A DNA stretch of 24,000 bases from Kordiimonas sp. SCSIO 12603 (GTDB lineage Bacteria > Pseudomonadota > Alphaproteobacteria > Sphingomonadales > Kordiimonadaceae): NCBI RefSeq assembly GCF_024398035.1, contig NZ_CP073748.1:1377520-1401519 (forward strand), in the 5' to 3' direction. The notes under the pieces were generated by a model. It made no database searches, was not told where the DNA came from, and was given only the letters and a program-made list of their open reading frames with translations. Positions 16,070 through 24,000 of the stretch are shown here, one piece after another. Position numbers and translations under genes: made by a program. Within the stretch, counting starts at the first letter, position 1; each line of letters starts with the position of its first letter.

Positions 16070-18172
16070 ATGAACCTACTTTTAGGTGGGGAGCGTAAGA
16101 ACGCTTTAACTGTGCTGAAATCGGCGACAGCGATTTTGGCGATAACGGCATGCACCACTATGTCGTATGCGGTGGATAACGCCGCAGTTGATGATGATGG
16201 AGATGTGCCTGTAGCCAATTCGGCAAACACGTATCCAGCTTCATTCTTTGATCAGTATAACCCTCAAAATGCCTTTGAAATGATCCAGCGGTTGCCTGGC
16301 TTTTCATTTGATGGCGGTTCAAATGCGCGGGGTTTTGGGGGTAACGCTGGTAACGTGTTGATTGATGGTGCACGACCTTCTTCAAAATCAGCAAGTTTGC
16401 GTGAAGTTCTTATTCGTATTCCTGTAGCGCAGGTTGAACGGATTGAGATCGTGCGCGGTGGTACAAGTGCTGGCGATACCGCAGGCCAATCCGTTGTTGC
16501 GAACGTTATTAAGAAAGCAGGCGGCACCAGTGGTACCTGGGTTGCCAAATTGCGCCGTCCACCTGATGGGCGTGTACTACCAAATGTTGAAGGCTCACTT
16601 GCAACGAAAATTGGAGGGTGGGATACCACAAGCCGGTTTGATGTTGGTTGGAATGGTGGCAATCGGGATGCGCTTCTTCGTGATGTAGATGCCGAAGGAA
16701 ACCTGATCGAAAGTGAGGATGAAACTTTCGAAAACCAGTTTAACTTCCAGGTGTTCTCTGTTGAGGCAATCCGAGATGCTTTTGGTGGTAAGCTAACTGT
16801 AAACGGCCAATTTTTCCGCGATAGATTTAAAGGCGACTTCTTCCGTGAAGGATTTAATGGCCGTTTGCCTGATGGCGGAACGCCGGATTTTACATGGCAG
16901 AACAACGAAAACGGTGGTGGTGAAGAATATGAACTGAGCGTTGATTGGAAAAAAACGTTCAGCAATCAGTGGAAACTTCATTCTATCATACTTGGTACCA
17001 TCAATAATTTTGGTTTTGAAAGCCGCACTATTGAAAGCGAACCAATTGATGTTGTGAATGATATTACGGATTTTGAACAAAACCGTAAGCGAAAGGAATT
17101 CATTCTCAGAACCACCTATGGTGATGCAGGTTCGAACAAATTCAAGCCAGAGTTTGGTTTTGAAGTAGCGCGTAACAGTCTGGATTCTGATCTGTCGATT
17201 GTATCAAACGGTGAAGCAATTGATCTAAGTTCAGCCAATGCGAGCGTTCGAGAAATCCGGGGTGAAGCATTTGCTAACTTTAACTGGGCAGCTACGAAAA
17301 AGCTTTCCGTGGATGGAGGCCTGACCGGCGAAATTTCAGAGATTGAAGTATCAGGTGACGCTGGTAACAAACAGACATTCAAGTTTTTGAAACCACGCCT
17401 TACCGCAACGTATAACTTCAGTGATAACATTCAGTGGCAGTGGCAGATTGAACGGACGGTTGGGCAGCTTAACTTCCGTGATTTTGCCGCAAGTGCACAG
17501 ATTAATGATGACCGTACAACGGCTGGTAACCCTGATCTGGCACCAAACAGTGCTTGGGAGCTTTCTACAACATTTGATTGGAAGTTCAGCGAGCGTGGCT
17601 CATTGAGTGTTAACGCTTTCCACGAATGGCGCAGTGATATTCTTGAACAGATTATTCTGGCAAGCGGTGACCCGGGCCGTGGTAACGCGGGTAACGCGCG
17701 TTTTTACGGTGTGGAAGCGGAACTAAATATCCCGCTTGATTTCATTCTGCCGGGTGGCCTTCTTGAAATTGAAGCAAACCTAAGGGATGCAAGTTTTGAT
17801 GATCCCGTAACAGGGCAGAACCGCCGTATCAGTGGCTTTAATCCATCTTTCCTTGGTTTTGATTTCCGTCAGGACCTTGTTAAAGCGAAGGTTTCATGGG
17901 GTATTAGATATAATGGCATCTTCAGGGAAGAAGTATTCCTCACTGATCAGATTATCAGCTTCCGTGGTAACCGTCGGGTTAATGCCTTCATTGAAACAAC
18001 ACGTTGGTTTGGTGTGAAAACCCGTTTTGCTGTGGATCTGATTAACACTGGTAAGTTCCGCAGACAGCGTGATTTCTTTGATCCCGCCCGCGGAGGTGCT
18101 TTCACTGGTTCTGAGATTTCAGACCGTACCAGAAAGCCGGAATTCCGTATCGAAGTGTTTGGTCAGTTCTAA
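16070..18172 (+). CDS. TonB-dependent receptor
   Basis: 700 aa; signal peptide; plug domain NAFEMIQRLPGFSFDGG...GNVLIDGARPSSKSASLREVLIRIPVAQVERIEIVRGG; C-terminus ...KPEFRIEVFGQF. Upstream GAGGAAATA. Confidence 0.9.
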   Translation: MNLLLGGERKNALTVLKSATAILAITACTTMSYAVDNAAVDDDGDVPVANSANTYPASFFDQYNPQNAFEMIQRLPGFSFDGGSNARGFGGNAGNVLIDGARPSSKSASLREVLIRIPVAQVERIEIVRGGTSAGDTAGQSVVANVIKKAGGTSGTWVAKLRRPPDGRVLPNVEGSLATKIGGWDTTSRFDVGWNGGNRDALLRDVDAEGNLIESEDETFENQFNFQVFSVEAIRDAFGGKLTVNGQFFRDRFKGDFFREGFNGRLPDGGTPDFTWQNNENGGGEEYELSVDWKKTFSNQWKLHSIILGTINNFGFESRTIESEPIDVVNDITDFEQNRKRKEFILRTTYGDAGSNKFKPEFGFEVARNSLDSDLSIVSNGEAIDLSSANASVREIRGEAFANFNWAATKKLSVDGGLTGEISEIEVSGDAGNKQTFKFLKPRLTATYNFSDNIQWQWQIERTVGQLNFRDFAASAQINDDRTTAGNPDLAPNSAWELSTTFDWKFSERGSLSVNAFHEWRSDILEQIILASGDPGRGNAGNARFYGVEAELNIPLDFILPGGLLEIEANLRDASFDDPVTGQNRRISGFNPSFLGFDFRQDLVKAKVSWGIRYNGIFREEVFLTDQIISFRGNRRVNAFIETTRWFGVKTRFAVDLINTGKFRRQRDFFDPARGGAFTGSEISDRTRKPEFRIEVFGQF

Positions 18173-18204
18173 GCAATTTGAACACACTTCCGTTAGGTAA
18201 CTTG

Positions 18205-18236
18205 AAAGACCCTGTCAGCTTTGGCAGGGTCTTTTC
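18205..18236 (+). terminator. Rho-independent terminator after the TonB-dependent receptor
   Basis: GACCCTG (18208-18214) / CAGGGTC (18225-18231) followed by TTTTC. Confidence 0.7.
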
Positions 18237-18255
18237 TCGTTTTAGGGAGAGGGCA

Positions 18256-19641
18256 ATGAAACAGATATTGGGCATTTTTGCACTGGCGGCGTTGAGCACA
18301 GCGGCCACCGCGCAAGACAGAGAAACATCCACAACAATGAAAGCCTATGCTGCGGGCTATAAGGCAGCATTTACTTGTAGTGCCACATTCAACGGCGGCA
18401 AAACGCCTGAAATGATTGCGGCACAGGAACTTACTGGTATTTATCAAGGCTTCAGAGCACCAATGGCGGAACTGCCCGATGCAGTGATAGACCATAAAAA
18501 CAAGCGTGTGAGTGTGAAATTTAATGATGGTCTGCCGCCGCGTATCAGCCAGTGGCGCGAGGGGCTTGGCTGTACGCAACTTCCTGTTGGTGCTGATTTT
18601 GCCGATGCACAGTATTTGCCAACCGTTGATATAACCCGGCCAAATACTGGCGATAGCCAGCCTTGGAAGAAACTGGATACAGGCAGTGGCGCACTGAAAG
18701 CCAAGCTCAAGAGCATGATGACTGATCCGTATTACGGTAAGGATGCACTCACCACAGCGCTGCTTGTGGCAACGCCTGAAGAATTGCTCGCTGAAGAATA
18801 TATCGAGGGTTACACGCCAAAAACCAGCCAGCGGACATGGTCTGTGGCGAAATCAATTGCAGCTTCAGTAATTGGGGCGGCGGTTGAGGACGGCATGATT
18901 GATGTCTCAAAACCAGCGAATATCACTGAATGGCAAAGCCCGATTGACCCGCGCAAAAACATCACGCTTGAAAACCTGCTGCATATGGCATCAGGCATTG
19001 ATAGCAACCGGGCAGGGAACCGTACTGACCGCCTATACGCGGGTGGTGGCCGAATGAGCGATGGCGCGACAGAGCATTCGCTTGATGTAAAGCCGGGCAC
19101 ACGATTTAAGTATGCGAACAATGATACCTTGCTGGCCGTACGTGCCTTAAAGAACAGCTTTGAAAGCACAAAGGCATATAACGAATATCCGTTTACAGCA
19201 CTTCTTAATAAACTCGGTATGAATGATACGGTGCTGGAAACAGACTGGGAAGGCAACTTCGTGCTTTCCAGTCAGGTGTGGACCACAAGCCGCGATATGG
19301 CGCGCCTTGGTATCCTTCATTTGCAGGATGGTGTTTGGAAGGGTGAACGCATTTTGCCTGAAGGTTGGGTAGAGTATATTGCCACCGCTAAAGGTCCGCA
19401 GCCTGCACCACGTAGAAGTGGAGCCAAACCAATGGGCTACGGTGCACAGTGGTGGCTCTATGATAAAGATTTTGATGGCATTCCAAATGATGCATATGCA
19501 GCTCGCGGCAACCGGGGGCAATATCTGGTTGTGGTGCCGTCTCGGAACCTAGTCCTGATCCGCCGAGGGCATGATCCGGCGGGTGGTGAAGGTTTCAAAC
19601 TTGATCTTTTCGTTCGTGATGTATTGAAGCTAGTGAAATAA
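18256..19641 (+). CDS. Beta-lactamase-family (class C-like) serine hydrolase
   Basis: The listed ORF starts at 18178, but ATG 18256 with upstream GGGAGAGGG starts the signal peptide MKQILGIFALAALSTAATAQ. SxxK motif in TWSVAKSIAASVIG; YANND (YxN) motif in GTRFKYANNDTLLAV. Confidence 0.85.
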   Translation: MKQILGIFALAALSTAATAQDRETSTTMKAYAAGYKAAFTCSATFNGGKTPEMIAAQELTGIYQGFRAPMAELPDAVIDHKNKRVSVKFNDGLPPRISQWREGLGCTQLPVGADFADAQYLPTVDITRPNTGDSQPWKKLDTGSGALKAKLKSMMTDPYYGKDALTTALLVATPEELLAEEYIEGYTPKTSQRTWSVAKSIAASVIGAAVEDGMIDVSKPANITEWQSPIDPRKNITLENLLHMASGIDSNRAGNRTDRLYAGGGRMSDGATEHSLDVKPGTRFKYANNDTLLAVRALKNSFESTKAYNEYPFTALLNKLGMNDTVLETDWEGNFVLSSQVWTTSRDMARLGILHLQDGVWKGERILPEGWVEYIATAKGPQPAPRRSGAKPMGYGAQWWLYDKDFDGIPNDAYAARGNRGQYLVVVPSRNLVLIRRGHDPAGGEGFKLDLFVRDVLKLVK

Positions 19642-19642
19642 C

Positions 19643-20989
19643 TTACAGATGATCAAACACTGAGCCCACTCTCGGGCTCAGTAATCTTTCATACATTTGC
19701 ATCAGATAATTATCTGTCATACCGGCGACATGGTCACAAATCTCGCGCAGGCTTTCGCCGTGTTCCACATATTTTCCGTATGCTTCAGAAGGCAGGAAAC
19801 GCCGTGGTTCATGAGCGATAATCTCAAACACATCCACTACCATCTGTTGGCCTTTAAATTCAAGGTGCTGCACGCTCGGTTTCTGGATGAGTTTATCATA
19901 AACAAAGGCTTTGAAATCCAGCATCAATTGCCGTGCGGCGGGCGCTAGATCAAGGTTATATTTCAGCATAGGGTTACTGAAGCCCTCCACCTCATGCATC
20001 ACCAGATGATCAAGGAAATAGGTAACCAGCATGCTGATGTTCATTTTACGGCGGGATGCATCACGCGCAAACATGCCGCTGATAAAGTTATCATAGGCAT
20101 TATTGCTGCCGAAATATTTAGGCCGCTCGCGCTGCTGGTATTCAATATAATTCCGGCACCGATCAACGGTGAAAAAGGCGCGGAAATCTTCACTGTCTAC
20201 AAACTTGAGCGAGATTGCGTCCTCGAGATCATGTACCGCGTTTGAAATATCGTCTGCCAGTTCCATGATTGAGCAATCAAGTGATTTATATCTGGGTTTG
20301 CCGTGTTCACCTTCTTTGCCGGGCGCAACACTTGTGAAGCGTGCCAGTTCTTCATCGCTAAACACGCTTAGTACCCAATCTACCACCTGTTTTTCTGTAT
20401 CCAGATAACATTTGGGTGGCTTGCAGCTGTTGCGGTCCAAAAGATGAAGGCTGCCTGAGCTGTCACCTTTAGACGGCATAATATCCTTGTTTGCCACGCG
20501 GCTATATGGTGCTGGATATTTAAGAATACCAAGCAAGCTGCGGCGGGTGAGGTTCGCGCCCGCATCTTTGGAGAAGTGCTCAAGCTTCGAAAGAATGCGG
20601 AGTGATTGTCCATTGCCTTCAAAACCCCCGCTGTTTCGCATGCAATAATTAAGGGCAACTTCACCGCCGTGTCCGTAAGGCGGATGGCCAAGATCATGTA
20701 CAGAACAGATGGTTTGCATCAGTGTGGTGGTGGGGAGGTGTATTTCCAGATCAGGAAACTCGGTTCTCGCACGCTTCATCAGCCCTACACCAAGTTGGGA
20801 TACCTCAAGCGAATGGGTAAGCCGAGTGCGGTAAAAATCACTATCCCCCAAATTCAGTATCTGGGTTTTCCCCTGTAGGCGGCGAAAAGCAGCAGAGTGA
20901 ATAACACGGCCATAATCCACATCATAGGCGGTACGTGCTTCTGATGCACCGCTTGTGCTCGTTTCAAACCGTTCTTCCCAAATATTCAT
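19643..20989 (-). CDS. dgt: dGTPase-like HD-domain deoxynucleotide triphosphohydrolase
   Basis: 448 aa; VIHSAAFRRLQGKTQIL...RTRLTHSLEVSQLG, CSVHDLGHPPYGHGGEVALN, MELADDISNAVHDLEDAI are signature segments. Confidence 0.88.
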   Translation of the reverse strand: MNIWEERFETSTSGASEARTAYDVDYGRVIHSAAFRRLQGKTQILNLGDSDFYRTRLTHSLEVSQLGVGLMKRARTEFPDLEIHLPTTTLMQTICSVHDLGHPPYGHGGEVALNYCMRNSGGFEGNGQSLRILSKLEHFSKDAGANLTRRSLLGILKYPAPYSRVANKDIMPSKGDSSGSLHLLDRNSCKPPKCYLDTEKQVVDWVLSVFSDEELARFTSVAPGKEGEHGKPRYKSLDCSIMELADDISNAVHDLEDAISLKFVDSEDFRAFFTVDRCRNYIEYQQRERPKYFGSNNAYDNFISGMFARDASRRKMNISMLVTYFLDHLVMHEVEGFSNPMLKYNLDLAPAARQLMLDFKAFVYDKLIQKPSVQHLEFKGQQMVVDVFEIIAHEPRRFLPSEAYGKYVEHGESLREICDHVAGMTDNYLMQMYERLLSPRVGSVFDHL

Positions 20990-21075
20990 GATGGCTCCCC
21001 AGTTGGATTAGTATCATGGTGATACCACAAATTCCTGCCGGGAAAACCAGTTAGTAAGAGACAGTTGATGAAAAA

Positions 21076-21681
21076 CTAGTGAGACAGGATCATATTTGCG
21101 CGGGATTCCAGGTCTGCTTCAATACGGGCTGATGGCAGATCTGCTCTGGCTCTGAGGACATGGCCCTGACGAAGATCAAACATAAGGCGCGCACGTTCTT
21201 CTGATGGGAAGTCTACGGGCAGGCTACCACGGGATTTTTCCTCTTCAAACCGTGCTGCGAAAAGGCTGTCTGCCCCTTTGATAATATGTTGGAGTTTCTC
21301 TGTTGCACCTTCCACGTGGCCTGCGCTGGTGGGTACACAGCTGCTGATAAAGCACCCTTTTGGATGTTCAGGCGTACTGTCATCTTCTGTGATGCCGGTT
21401 TCAAGGAAAGCAATGATTGCTTTTTTGATATCAGTTTCATCGTTGAAGGCGCTGATCGGGCTTTTACCAAAGTTTTGGGAATAATGGTCAATGGCAGCCA
21501 TAAAAAGCTGCTGCTTATCCCCAAAGACAGAATAAAGGCTGGGGCTGTTAATACCCATGGCATCTGTCAGGTCACGCATAGAAGTGCCGTCATAGCCCTT
21601 TTCCCAAAACACCGTCACCGCAGCATTCAGAGCTTGTTCTCTATCAAAGCCTCTTGGGCGCCCAACCTTCTTTTCTGGCAT
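21076..21681 (-). CDS. TetR/AcrR-family transcriptional regulator
   Basis: 201 aa; N-terminal HTH KKVGRPRGFDREQALNAAVTVFWEKGYDGTSMRDLTDAMGINSPSLYSVFGDKQQLF. Confidence 0.92.
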   Translation of the reverse strand: MPEKKVGRPRGFDREQALNAAVTVFWEKGYDGTSMRDLTDAMGINSPSLYSVFGDKQQLFMAAIDHYSQNFGKSPISAFNDETDIKKAIIAFLETGITEDDSTPEHPKGCFISSCVPTSAGHVEGATEKLQHIIKGADSLFAARFEEEKSRGSLPVDFPSEERARLMFDLRQGHVLRARADLPSARIEADLESRANMILSH

Positions 21682-21719
21682 TTCTCAAAACCTCAAACAT
21701 ACATCAGTTATTATATTAA

Positions 21720-21736
21720 TAACGTTTGTTACAAAT
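21720..21736. promoter_or_regulatory. TetR-type operator candidate, box 3 (TetR-proximal)
   Basis: TAACGTTTGTTACAAAT contains TAAC-N4-GTTA and matches boxes 1 and 2 (12/14 core bases against box 1). Confidence 0.45.
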
Positions 21737-21820
21737 CTCAAGAAGGCATGAATAGTTATATGGTGTGTGCTCTCCAACTATCTGGTGTGGCGGTGAATTC
21801 AGGTGGTAACTTTTATTTGA

Positions 21821-21839
21821 TAACGGTCGTTACATAATT
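21821..21839. promoter_or_regulatory. TetR-type operator candidate, box 1
   Basis: TAACGGTCGTTACATAATT; palindromic TAACG-GT-CGTTA. Confidence 0.5.
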
Positions 21840-21868
21840 GGTTGAAAATTATGCATAAGCTAATTAAA

Positions 21869-21887
21869 TAACAATCGTTACAAAATT
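21869..21887. promoter_or_regulatory. TetR-type operator candidate, box 2 (peroxiredoxin-proximal)
   Basis: TAACAATCGTTACAAAATT; same pattern as box 1, starting 48 bp after it, immediately upstream of the peroxiredoxin RBS. Confidence 0.5.
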
Positions 21888-21900
21888 AAAGGAGTGTTCG

Positions 21901-22434
21901 ATGTATAGTAAAAAATTAGCTGCTGGAACTGAGTTTCCAGTGTTTTCTCTGAAGTCTACCAGCGGTGAAGACTTAACCCTTGGCAAGGCATCTGAAGGAT
22001 TTGATTGGCAAATGATTGTGGTTTACCGCGGCAAGCATTGCCCTTTGTGTACACAGTATCTGCAGCAATTGAATGCGAAGCTGGATGATCTTCATGGTCT
22101 CGGTATTGAGGTAATTGCTGTTTCTTCTGATCCGCTTGAGAAAGCGACAGTGCAGATGGAGCAGGTGAACCCGAATTTCCCTGTTGGTTACGGCTTGACC
22201 ATTGAGCAGATGCAGTCACTTGGGCTTTATATTTCCAGCCCGCGTTCTCCCGAGGAAACAGATGCACCGTTTGCCGAGCCAGGCATGTTTATTGTGAACG
22301 AAGAAGGCTTGTTGCAGGTTGTTGATTATGCAAATAGCCCGATTATTCGCCCGGAACTGGGTCTTCTTGTTGGTGGCCTTGCGTTTATTAAGAACCCGGA
22401 AAACAACTATCCTATCCGTGGTACTTTTGAATAA
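21901..22434 (+). CDS. Peroxiredoxin-like AhpC/TSA-family protein
   Basis: 177 aa; FPVFSLKSTSGEDLTLG, IVVYRGKHCPLCTQYLQQLNAKLDDLHGLGIEVIAVSSDPLEKA; RBS AAAGGAG 8 nt upstream of the ATG. Confidence 0.85.
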   Translation: MYSKKLAAGTEFPVFSLKSTSGEDLTLGKASEGFDWQMIVVYRGKHCPLCTQYLQQLNAKLDDLHGLGIEVIAVSSDPLEKATVQMEQVNPNFPVGYGLTIEQMQSLGLYISSPRSPEETDAPFAEPGMFIVNEEGLLQVVDYANSPIIRPELGLLVGGLAFIKNPENNYPIRGTFE

Positions 22435-22455
22435 ACCAATATAGTGATTGAAGTG

Positions 22456-22490
22456 AATCCCGTGATCTATATGAGGCACGGGATTTTCTC
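22456..22490 (+). terminator. Probable Rho-independent terminator after the peroxiredoxin gene
   Basis: AATCCCGTG (22456-22464) / CACGGGATT (22477-22485), followed by TTCTC. Perfect 9-bp stem, short U-tract. Confidence 0.65.
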
Positions 22491-22664
22491 AATTAATCAG
22501 AAATTTAAAACCTGCTTGCCAAGTGCCGGCTTACTTACACGTGCCTTGATGAGTTTAATGTTTTTTAACTCTTTACGCCCACACTTATAACGTTGGTTTG
22601 GGAGGAGCCAGCCTGGAGTTTGTGTTTTCAGTATCGTTTGAAGTGCGCAAAAAAAGGCAGGGCA

Positions 22665-24000
22665 TTGTTCACCAAAAATATATTCTTCCGCCAAACTTCA
22701 TCTGTATCCACCCGCTTAAACCTTCTTAACCTTTTGGTGTTGCTTTCGGGTTTGTTAAGCATCGTTGGTGTTTATGAAATTCAGCTGGGGGCGCAGCTTC
22801 ATAAATTAAATTACCAGCACCAAAAATATATCGATCAAGTTTATAAAGCCGTTGATCAGTTTGAACAAACGTCTGGCAATATTGAACCCGTTAAAGATTA
22901 CGTAATTCTTGTTAGAGAACAACCGATCGAATGCCTGAATATGGTAAGTGCGTTCGAGAAATTCATGATGAAAATCATAGGAACCGGTGAAGCTATTGCC
23001 CTGTGCGAGCAGGATAAACTTCTTGCGGATGATATTCTGGATGAACTGGACCAGTATTCCCGTGGTGAAATAAGCAAAGAGGTTGTGGTTTCAAAGCTTA
23101 AAGTTGGCCTGGAGGGGTTATCTTCACACGGTGCACAATTTCAGCCGTTTGTCGCGAAAACGGTATCTACAATGTATATCATTGTGATTTCCATGGTTAT
23201 TACGAAAGCAATCATTGTCCCGTTTTTAGGAGTGATTTTATCATCTAGTGTTTCACGAGATTACAGGACCCTCAACAACACGAAAAAGCAGCTTATTAAT
23301 GAGCAGGAACGGAATGAGCTTATACAAAACGAGCGCATGAATGCATTATCTACAATGGTTGCAGGTGTTGCTCATGAAATAAATACACCTGTTGGCGTTA
23401 GTGTTACTGCGGCATCCCATGCCCGCGAACGACTTATGCAAACTGAAGAAGCTTACCAAAATGAATTGCTCTCGGAAGAAGATCTTCAAAGCTATTTCGT
23501 TGATTCAAAAGAAGCTTTCAGAATTATTCAAAATAATTTAAGACGTACGTCCGAATTGGTGAAAAGTTTTAAACAGGTGTCTGTGGATCAGACCGAAGAT
23601 ATTGTTCGAACCTTTAGTGCCAAAGAGTATCTGAAAGATATCATCATCAGTTTAAAGCCGATTGTGAAAAAGCCTTCTGTGGAAGTGGTTCTGGATGATG
23701 TTGAAGATATTTACATCGAAACATACCCAGGGGTTTTAAGTCAGATAATTACCAATTTAATCACTAACTCTCTTTCTCATGCTTTTGCAGCGAACGACGG
23801 TGGCGTCATCAATATTGCTTTGTCGCCTTTATCGAACAAAAAAGTTCAGATTGTTTTTTCTGATAATGGTTGCGGCATTAGCAAAGAGAACCTCAGGCAT
23901 ATTTTTGATCCATTTTTCACAACAAAACGCGGTCAGGGTGGTACGGGCCTTGGTTTGCATATCCTTCATAACTTAGTGGTCGATAAACTGGACGGTGAAA
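22665..24000 (+). CDS. Membrane sensor histidine kinase (3'-truncated by window edge)
   Basis: Open frame (codon starts divisible by 3) through the window end, absent from the supplied ORF track. My translation gives N-terminal TM LNLLNLLVLLSGLLSIVGVYEI, a second TM at ~23170-23250, H-box MVAGVAHEINTPVGVSVTAASHARERLM, N-box-like IITNLITNSLSHAF, and G-boxes FSDNGCGIS...FDPFFTTKRGQGGTGLGLHI. Start codon uncertain (TTG 22665 proposed; TTG 22638 or 22620 possible). Confidence 0.85.
   Translation, partial: MFTKNIFFRQTSSVSTRLNLLNLLVLLSGLLSIVGVYEIQLGAQLHKLNYQHQKYIDQVYKAVDQFEQTSGNIEPVKDYVILVREQPIECLNMVSAFEKFMMKIIGTGEAIALCEQDKLLADDILDELDQYSRGEISKEVVVSKLKVGLEGLSSHGAQFQPFVAKTVSTMYIIVISMVITKAIIVPFLGVILSSSVSRDYRTLNNTKKQLINEQERNELIQNERMNALSTMVAGVAHEINTPVGVSVTAASHARERLMQTEEAYQNELLSEEDLQSYFVDSKEAFRIIQNNLRRTSELVKSFKQVSVDQTEDIVRTFSAKEYLKDIIISLKPIVKKPSVEVVLDDVEDIYIETYPGVLSQIITNLITNSLSHAFAANDGGVINIALSPLSNKKVQIVFSDNGCGISKENLRHIFDPFFTTKRGQGGTGLGLHILHNLVVDKLDGE

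Noticed and set aside
15865-16230. 121-aa minus-strand ORF in the intergenic region upstream of the TonB-dependent receptor
   Set aside because: It overlaps the receptor start and signal peptide, has no motif, and is probably non-coding.
16264-16965. 233-aa minus-strand ORF antisense to the TonB-dependent receptor
   Set aside because: Ser/Pro-rich translation typical of the complementary frame of a coding gene; the receptor on the plus strand has clear domain motifs.
1-24000. CRISPR array, tRNA/rRNA, transposase, integrase or retron/toxin-antitoxin module
   Set aside because: I saw no regularly spaced direct repeats, no tRNA-like sequences, and no ORF with recombinase, reverse-transcriptase or toxin motifs.

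Overview
This 24 kb window looks like ordinary alphaproteobacterial chromosome. The gene styles (TonB receptor, autotransporter, DUF1289, DUF599, class GN sortase, PEP-CTERM protein) suggest a marine lineage, but that is inference. In order, it holds: the C-terminal part of a molybdopterin-binding dehydrogenase/isoquinoline oxidoreductase-like large subunit; a small ion channel; a DUF1289 protein; a SAM methyltransferase-like protein; a small secreted protein; a large autotransporter; a DUF599 protein; a compact structured intergenic region ending in a strong terminator (candidate ncRNA); a YbaN/DUF454 protein; a membrane-anchored KAP-family P-loop NTPase in a visibly AT-richer patch; a DUF3089 hydrolase-like protein; a class GN sortase with its VIT/VWA target protein; a PEP-CTERM protein; a TonB-dependent receptor; a class C beta-lactamase-family serine hydrolase; a dGTPase-like HD phosphohydrolase; a divergent TetR/peroxiredoxin pair with three TAAC-N4-GTTA boxes; and a histidine kinase running off the right edge. 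I saw no CRISPR array, tRNA/rRNA, prophage, transposon or multi-gene defence island. The best leads are the intergenic structured RNA candidate (about 7750-7940), the isolated KAP NTPase, the sortase/target/PEP-CTERM neighbourhood, and the three-copy palindromic operator set. None of these proves a new system from sequence alone.
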